From a virus (Duplodnaviria; Caudoviricetes), in the IMG/VR virus record IMGVR_UViG_3300010206_000040, positions 1 through 29,569 of that record: 29,569 nt of DNA; one strand, written 5' to 3'. Position 1 is the first letter of the stretch; the number at the start of each line of letters is the position of its first letter. Position numbers and translations under genes: made by a program. The notes under the pieces were generated by a model. The model saw only the letters and a program-made list of their open reading frames with translations. It was not told where the DNA came from and did no database searches. Shown here in pieces: positions 24,972-29,569 of this stretch.

Positions 24972-24999
24972 CATGAACAACCTCTCTGAAGGTGCAAAC

Positions 25000-25491
25000 A
25001 TGAGCAAAAATGGAACCGAAATGACTCTCTCAACCGAAGAAACCGCAAAGAAGAATACCGTCCTATACCAGCTCACGCTGATCAACAGAATGAGCCTGGA
25101 AGAACTACAGGCTGAATGGAGAAAGCTCAATGCCGGGCAACCCGCTCCTCCTTTCAAGCGAGCTTTTCTGCTGAAGAAACTCGCCTGGCGAATCCAGGAA
25201 ATCCACTATGGCGGTCTGTCCCAAAAGGCCCTCGACACAATTCGCCAAAGAGCCGAGCTGGACCCGATTGCAAAGATCGATGCCAAGAGCCAAAGGCCAA
25301 CTGCACAGAACAAGGGTATCCTGCCAGGCACTCGGCTTGTCCGCATCTGGGGGAGCCAGCGTCATGAGGTCGTCGCCTTGGAAAAGGGCTTTGAGTTCAA
25401 CAACCATGTCTACCGATCCTTGAGTGCAATTGCCAAGGAAATCACAGGTACCCACTGGAATGGTCGTAACTTTTTCGGAGTGAAGAACTGA
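25000..25491 (+). CDS. DUF2924-like protein (163 aa)
   Basis: LAWRIQE..YGGL, PGTRLVRIWG, YRSLSAIAKEITGTHWNGRNFFG; GAAGG RBS before ATG 25000; TGATG coupling to the recombinase. Confidence 0.85.
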   Translation: MSKNGTEMTLSTEETAKKNTVLYQLTLINRMSLEELQAEWRKLNAGQPAPPFKRAFLLKKLAWRIQEIHYGGLSQKALDTIRQRAELDPIAKIDAKSQRPTAQNKGILPGTRLVRIWGSQRHEVVALEKGFEFNNHVYRSLSAIAKEITGTHWNGRNFFGVKN

Positions 25492-27086
25492 TGGAAGCAA
25501 ACCAGATCGCACCCTTGGATGAAAATCGAATTCCATTGAAGGACAAGCGAGTCCTACGGTGTGCCATATACACCCGCAAGAGCTCCGATGAAGGACTTGA
25601 GCAGGAATTCAACTCTCTCGACGCTCAGCGAGAATCCTGCGAAGCCTACATCCTGAGTCAAAAGCGGGAAGGCTGGCTGCAGATTCCAGACCACTATGAC
25701 GATGGTGGCTATTCCGGTGGCAACATGGAGCGCCCAGGCCTGAAGAAGCTTCTGGCCGACATAGAGAAGGGCTGGATCGATGTGGTGGTGGTATACAAAA
25801 TCGACCGACTTTCGCGTTCCATCCTAGACTTCACAAAGATGATCGATTGGTTTGAGAAGAAGAACGTTCTCTTCTCGGCTGTGACGCAGAAGGTTTCGAC
25901 CACTGATGCCTCTGGGCGAATGAACCTGAACATCCTGATATCCTTCTCGCAATATGAAAGGGAGATCGCCGGTGAGCGTATCCGCGACAAATTGGCTGCT
26001 GCCAAGCGCAAGGGCAAATACTGCGGTGGCATACCGGTTCTGGGTTACGACGTGAATCCAGAGCGCACCAAGATTCTGGTGAATCCCGTGGAAGCCAAAA
26101 CAGTCCAGTACATTTTCAAACGCTACCTGCAAATCCGATCCCTACGGCGACTTGCCCAGGACCTCAACGAGCAAGGCATACGCACGAAGGAATGGACAAC
26201 CAAGAAAGGTATTCCACAGGGTGGCATCCAGTGGGACGTGCCGCAGGTATATCGAGTCATCAAGAATCGGAAATACATAGGCCAGGTGGTCCACAAGGAT
26301 AAGCACTATCCAGGCGAGCACGAAGCCATCATCGATGAAGAAACCTGGCAGGCTGTTCAGAATTCTTTAAGCGAATGCTCGGAAGACAAATCCAAGGTGG
26401 TTAGAATCCGGACAGTTTCTCCTTTGCGAGGTGTGATCCGATGCCGCCATTGCGATTGCGCCATGGTGCCCACCTACACCAGTAAGCACAATGGCCGACG
26501 CTACTGCTATTACATCTGCACCAAAGATTCCAAGCGAGGTGTAAGTGAATGTCCGCTTCAACGCATTCCCGCTGCAGATATTGAGAAGGCTGTAGTCCAG
26601 CAGCTCGGAGGAGTGTTCCGGTCAAAGGTGGTCTTGCAAGGGGTATGGGAAAAGGCCCGGCAAATGGAAGGAATTGAGGTTGACCGCCTGAGGGATCAGC
26701 GATCGGCTCTTCTCGCCGATTTACCCAAACTAGAAGAAGAACATCTCTTGCTCCTGAAGGCTCCTGGAAACAAGGACAAGGAAATCCGCGAGATACAAAG
26801 TCGGATCAAAGATGTGAAGTCCAGGGGAAATGAATTTCTCAAGCGGGTCCAGGCATTGGAACAGGTGGCCACAACCCAGGCAAGCATCGAAGCTGCATTC
26901 GAAACAATGGACACGTTCTGGGAGAGTCTTTACCCAGTCGAGCAACAACGCATAATCGATCTGCTAGTCCAGGTTGTTGAAATTGGTGAGGAAGGCCTGA
27001 GGCTGGTCATGAAAACATCGGGCATGGAAGAACTGATTTCCAGCCTGGCCGCATTCTCGTGCGATAAGAAACAAAGGAGCAAGTAA
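25491..27086 (+). CDS. Large serine recombinase (integrase)
   Basis: CAIYTRKSS catalytic Ser, DGGYSG, RPGL, KIDRLSR, recombinase domain, Zn ribbon CRHC..YYIC..C, coiled coil. Confidence 0.95.
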   Translation: MEANQIAPLDENRIPLKDKRVLRCAIYTRKSSDEGLEQEFNSLDAQRESCEAYILSQKREGWLQIPDHYDDGGYSGGNMERPGLKKLLADIEKGWIDVVVVYKIDRLSRSILDFTKMIDWFEKKNVLFSAVTQKVSTTDASGRMNLNILISFSQYEREIAGERIRDKLAAAKRKGKYCGGIPVLGYDVNPERTKILVNPVEAKTVQYIFKRYLQIRSLRRLAQDLNEQGIRTKEWTTKKGIPQGGIQWDVPQVYRVIKNRKYIGQVVHKDKHYPGEHEAIIDEETWQAVQNSLSECSEDKSKVVRIRTVSPLRGVIRCRHCDCAMVPTYTSKHNGRRYCYYICTKDSKRGVSECPLQRIPAADIEKAVVQQLGGVFRSKVVLQGVWEKARQMEGIEVDRLRDQRSALLADLPKLEEEHLLLLKAPGNKDKEIREIQSRIKDVKSRGNEFLKRVQALEQVATTQASIEAAFETMDTFWESLYPVEQQRIIDLLVQVVEIGEEGLRLVMKTSGMEELISSLAAFSCDKKQRSK

Positions 27087-27496
27087 TGGACAAACCGACA
27101 TTCGACGTAAACACTATGGGCAACCTAGAAGTCTTTATTCCAATGTTGCTCAAGAAGAAATCCGGCCGCAAGATGGTGATTGCACCCAATGCCATCGATG
27201 GCCCAAACCTCTACGCTGAACCAGAAATCCAGGAGCCTTTGGTACAGGCCATTGTCCGGGCTTGGGCGTGGCGCGAGAGTATTGAGTCGGGTAAGATTCA
27301 AGGAATCTACGCCTTGTCCAAAAAGCTCCGCTTGGACAATTCTTTTGTGACCAGGATTCTGAAGCTCACATTCCTTGCCCCGGATATCACGATGGCTATC
27401 CTGAAAGGAAAAGAGCCGAGTGGTCTTTCGCTTACGAAAATGCTACGGCCTTTTCCGGATGATTGGGATGAACAGAGGAAGATGATGGGTTTTTGA
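27086..27496 (+). CDS. Small recombinase-associated hypothetical protein (136 aa)
   Basis: TAATG coupling; GRKMVIAP, HTH-like centre, LTFLAPDI..AIL.G, WDEQ. Confidence 0.8.
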   Translation: MDKPTFDVNTMGNLEVFIPMLLKKKSGRKMVIAPNAIDGPNLYAEPEIQEPLVQAIVRAWAWRESIESGKIQGIYALSKKLRLDNSFVTRILKLTFLAPDITMAILKGKEPSGLSLTKMLRPFPDDWDEQRKMMGF

Positions 27497-27601
27497 ATGT
27501 TTGGATCGCCATCTTCATCCAAGATGTTCCTTACCGATGTAGATTTCCAGTTGAGAGTCACGTGCATTCAAAACACGCTATCACTGTACTTGGATGAAAA
27601 T

Positions 27602-29569
27602 ATGGAACAAAAGTCTGACGTCAATTTCAGAGCAGAAAAAGAATATAAAAATTCGCGCGAAAAATTCTCATACTTAATTCGCGAAGTAGTATCCAACGCA
27701 ATACATGCAGTGATTATACGACAAAGTAGGCGTGATACTTCTTATTCGCCCCAAGTAACAGTCGATATTTCATCAAATGAATCTTTAATCCAGATCGTTG
27801 TATCCGATAATGGAGATGGATTTAATAAACATAATCGTGAATATTTTACCCATCTTGATCGTCAAAACCCTGAAAAGTCACAATTGAAATTACATCCAAA
27901 GGGTCAGGGTAGACTTGCCATTATTTATTTTAGCGATAAAGCAACATTCAAGTCTGTATTTAGAGATGGTGATGGCCAATTAAAAGAAAATACGTTTTGC
28001 TATCCAGAATTAGGCCCAACGTTATTTGATCTTGGTGAGGCTGATGGTTCAAATTCAATGGCTGACGACTCATCAACAACAATCACTATTGCAATTAATA
28101 AGCAACAAACGCTTGGGAGAGCAAAGACTTTTTTCAAAAGATTTTCCGATGTAAAGCTGCTTGAAAGTTGGTTTATTGAAAATTTCTTTCCATTTTTTAT
28201 AGAAAACGAAAGCTTAAGCTTAAAGATAGTGCTAAATGGTTCAAGTGCATCAATAAGCAAGCAATACATCGAAGACAATATTGAGACGATCTCCTTTTCT
28301 TCTGGAAATGGAAGCAACGATGAGCCTTTGCATGATTATAAGATTTGGCTTGTAAAAAAGAATGACGGTTCTAAATCAAAAAGTGAAATTACTTGCTTTG
28401 CTAGACATCTTCGTGCCGAACTTGAAAGTGGAAAATTGGAGTACGAGATTGATCTAGATGATGTTTATGATTGGCTCTTAACTTCAGAGCATTTTGATGA
28501 TAGCGTTGATCCTAAAGGTGATAAGATTCAGATATCGCAAGTTGAGGTTGACTCAATTCAAGCGGAGCTAACAAAAGCATTGGATAAGCACTTTCAAAAG
28601 CAGATCGAAAAGAATCGAAAAGAAACAAATAAGAATATTGAGCTGGCTAAAAAGAAATTTCATTCTTTATCTCCTTTTCTTGATGAGCAGCGCTTTGTAC
28701 AATCAAAACGTGTAGCAAAGGAAAATGAAATCGTTGGTAGTGCGATTGAGAGTAAAGGGAAAATTGAAAAAGCTTATTGGACCGATCAAATTGATGATGA
28801 AGAAGAAGTCGGTAAACTTCTTAATTCAAGTCTTCATATCTATGTTGACCACAGACGAAAAGTGCTTAATCAGTTCGAATCAATGATTCGGAAATTTGAT
28901 GAAGAGGGAAACAATAAAAGCGAGCTTGAAGAGCATATTCATGACCTCTTTATGAAAAGAGGTAAGAATCTGAAGCAAAGCAGCAATATCAACCATTTAC
29001 ACAATTTGTGGATTTTAGATGATAAGTATTCAATTTTTACTGAATCAAGACCTGGGCTAAGTACAAAGAACGGGCAAAGTCTTTCTGACATCTATTTCTG
29101 GATTGACGACCCCAAACGTGCTAGAGAGTTGCTGATTCTTGAGTTGAAGTCAACAACAAAAGCTCACAATGCTGGAGACAAATACGAAAGCATGGTGGCT
29201 CAAGTCAAACGTTACGCTTCGACATTTTACAAAAACCCTGAGAAAATCCTCAATTGGACTGTAAATCCGGATGGAATTCTCTATTCTGCGATTATTCTTG
29301 CTCGAGAAACTGATATTAATAGGGAGCTAAATTCAAACAATATCGGCGGACGGCCGTGTAAAATACCTTTCCTTAAGTCCTCTTACTTTTTTAATGAAAC
29401 ATTTGCATCCGGCGAAAATGTTACGGCGTCACCAAAGTTCATTGAATTTAGGATTGAAATGTATTCCTATGAAGATATCCATGCGCTAGCAACTGAACGA
29501 AATGAAGTGTTCTTCAATCTTCTCAATGGCGAGATGACAGTGGAATCAGCGACTGAAGATGTATCATAA
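27602..29569 (+). CDS. GHKL (HATPase_c/MORC-like) ATPase fused to a C-terminal PD-(D/E)XK-type nuclease-like domain
   Basis: EVVSNAIHA (N box), DNGDGF (G1), KGQGRLA (G2); C-terminal EEHIH, SDIYF..LELKS..QVKRY. AT-rich. Alternative start ATG 27497. Confidence 0.8.
   Translation: MEQKSDVNFRAEKEYKNSREKFSYLIREVVSNAIHAVIIRQSRRDTSYSPQVTVDISSNESLIQIVVSDNGDGFNKHNREYFTHLDRQNPEKSQLKLHPKGQGRLAIIYFSDKATFKSVFRDGDGQLKENTFCYPELGPTLFDLGEADGSNSMADDSSTTITIAINKQQTLGRAKTFFKRFSDVKLLESWFIENFFPFFIENESLSLKIVLNGSSASISKQYIEDNIETISFSSGNGSNDEPLHDYKIWLVKKNDGSKSKSEITCFARHLRAELESGKLEYEIDLDDVYDWLLTSEHFDDSVDPKGDKIQISQVEVDSIQAELTKALDKHFQKQIEKNRKETNKNIELAKKKFHSLSPFLDEQRFVQSKRVAKENEIVGSAIESKGKIEKAYWTDQIDDEEEVGKLLNSSLHIYVDHRRKVLNQFESMIRKFDEEGNNKSELEEHIHDLFMKRGKNLKQSSNINHLHNLWILDDKYSIFTESRPGLSTKNGQSLSDIYFWIDDPKRARELLILELKSTTKAHNAGDKYESMVAQVKRYASTFYKNPEKILNWTVNPDGILYSAIILARETDINRELNSNNIGGRPCKIPFLKSSYFFNETFASGENVTASPKFIEFRIEMYSYEDIHALATERNEVFFNLLNGEMTVESATEDVS

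Larger units (their letters stand above)
1..27496. mobile_element. Integrated prophage-like element (serine-recombinase integration module, replication module, DNA-packaging/head module); continues beyond the left edge
   Basis: Ordered modules: large serine recombinase, sigma factor, recombination/replication genes, terminase, portal, MuF. Right boundary is approximate (sharp AT increase after 27496); no att site identified. Confidence 0.85.

Noticed and set aside
24676-24999. N-terminal extension of the DUF2924-like ORF from 24676
   Set aside because: No family-like sequence; overlaps a small ORF and a regulatory motif; better RBS at ATG 25000.

Overview
The window is almost entirely one integrated phage-like mobile element, cut off at the left edge. 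From right to left it holds: an AT-rich cargo gene (GHKL ATPase fused to a PD-(D/E)XK-type nuclease); an integration module (DUF2924-like protein, large serine recombinase, small partner); two unknown genes and an element-encoded sigma-70/ECF-like factor; a coupled replication/recombination operon (Cas4/RecB-like nuclease, AAA ATPase, DUF669-like SSB, ERCC4 nuclease, RecD2-like helicase, primase-helicase); an inserted GNAT toxin-antitoxin-like cassette; a TACCGAAA repeat array (likely origin); and a packaging module (TerS-like, TerL with a LAGLIDADG intein in its Walker A motif, portal, MuF). Main points the ORF track does not show: (1) a >=992-aa MuF head protein at 2976..<1 carrying helix-extension-helix repeats and a HipA/PI3K-like kinase domain; (2) a bipartite motif CGTCAW-N12-TCCGGTA upstream of several operons, probably the promoter of the element's own sigma factor; (3) an opposite-strand tyrosine-recombinase cassette between terS and terL whose upstream motif recurs before the serine-recombinase operon. 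All family assignments come from motif reading only; no searches were run.
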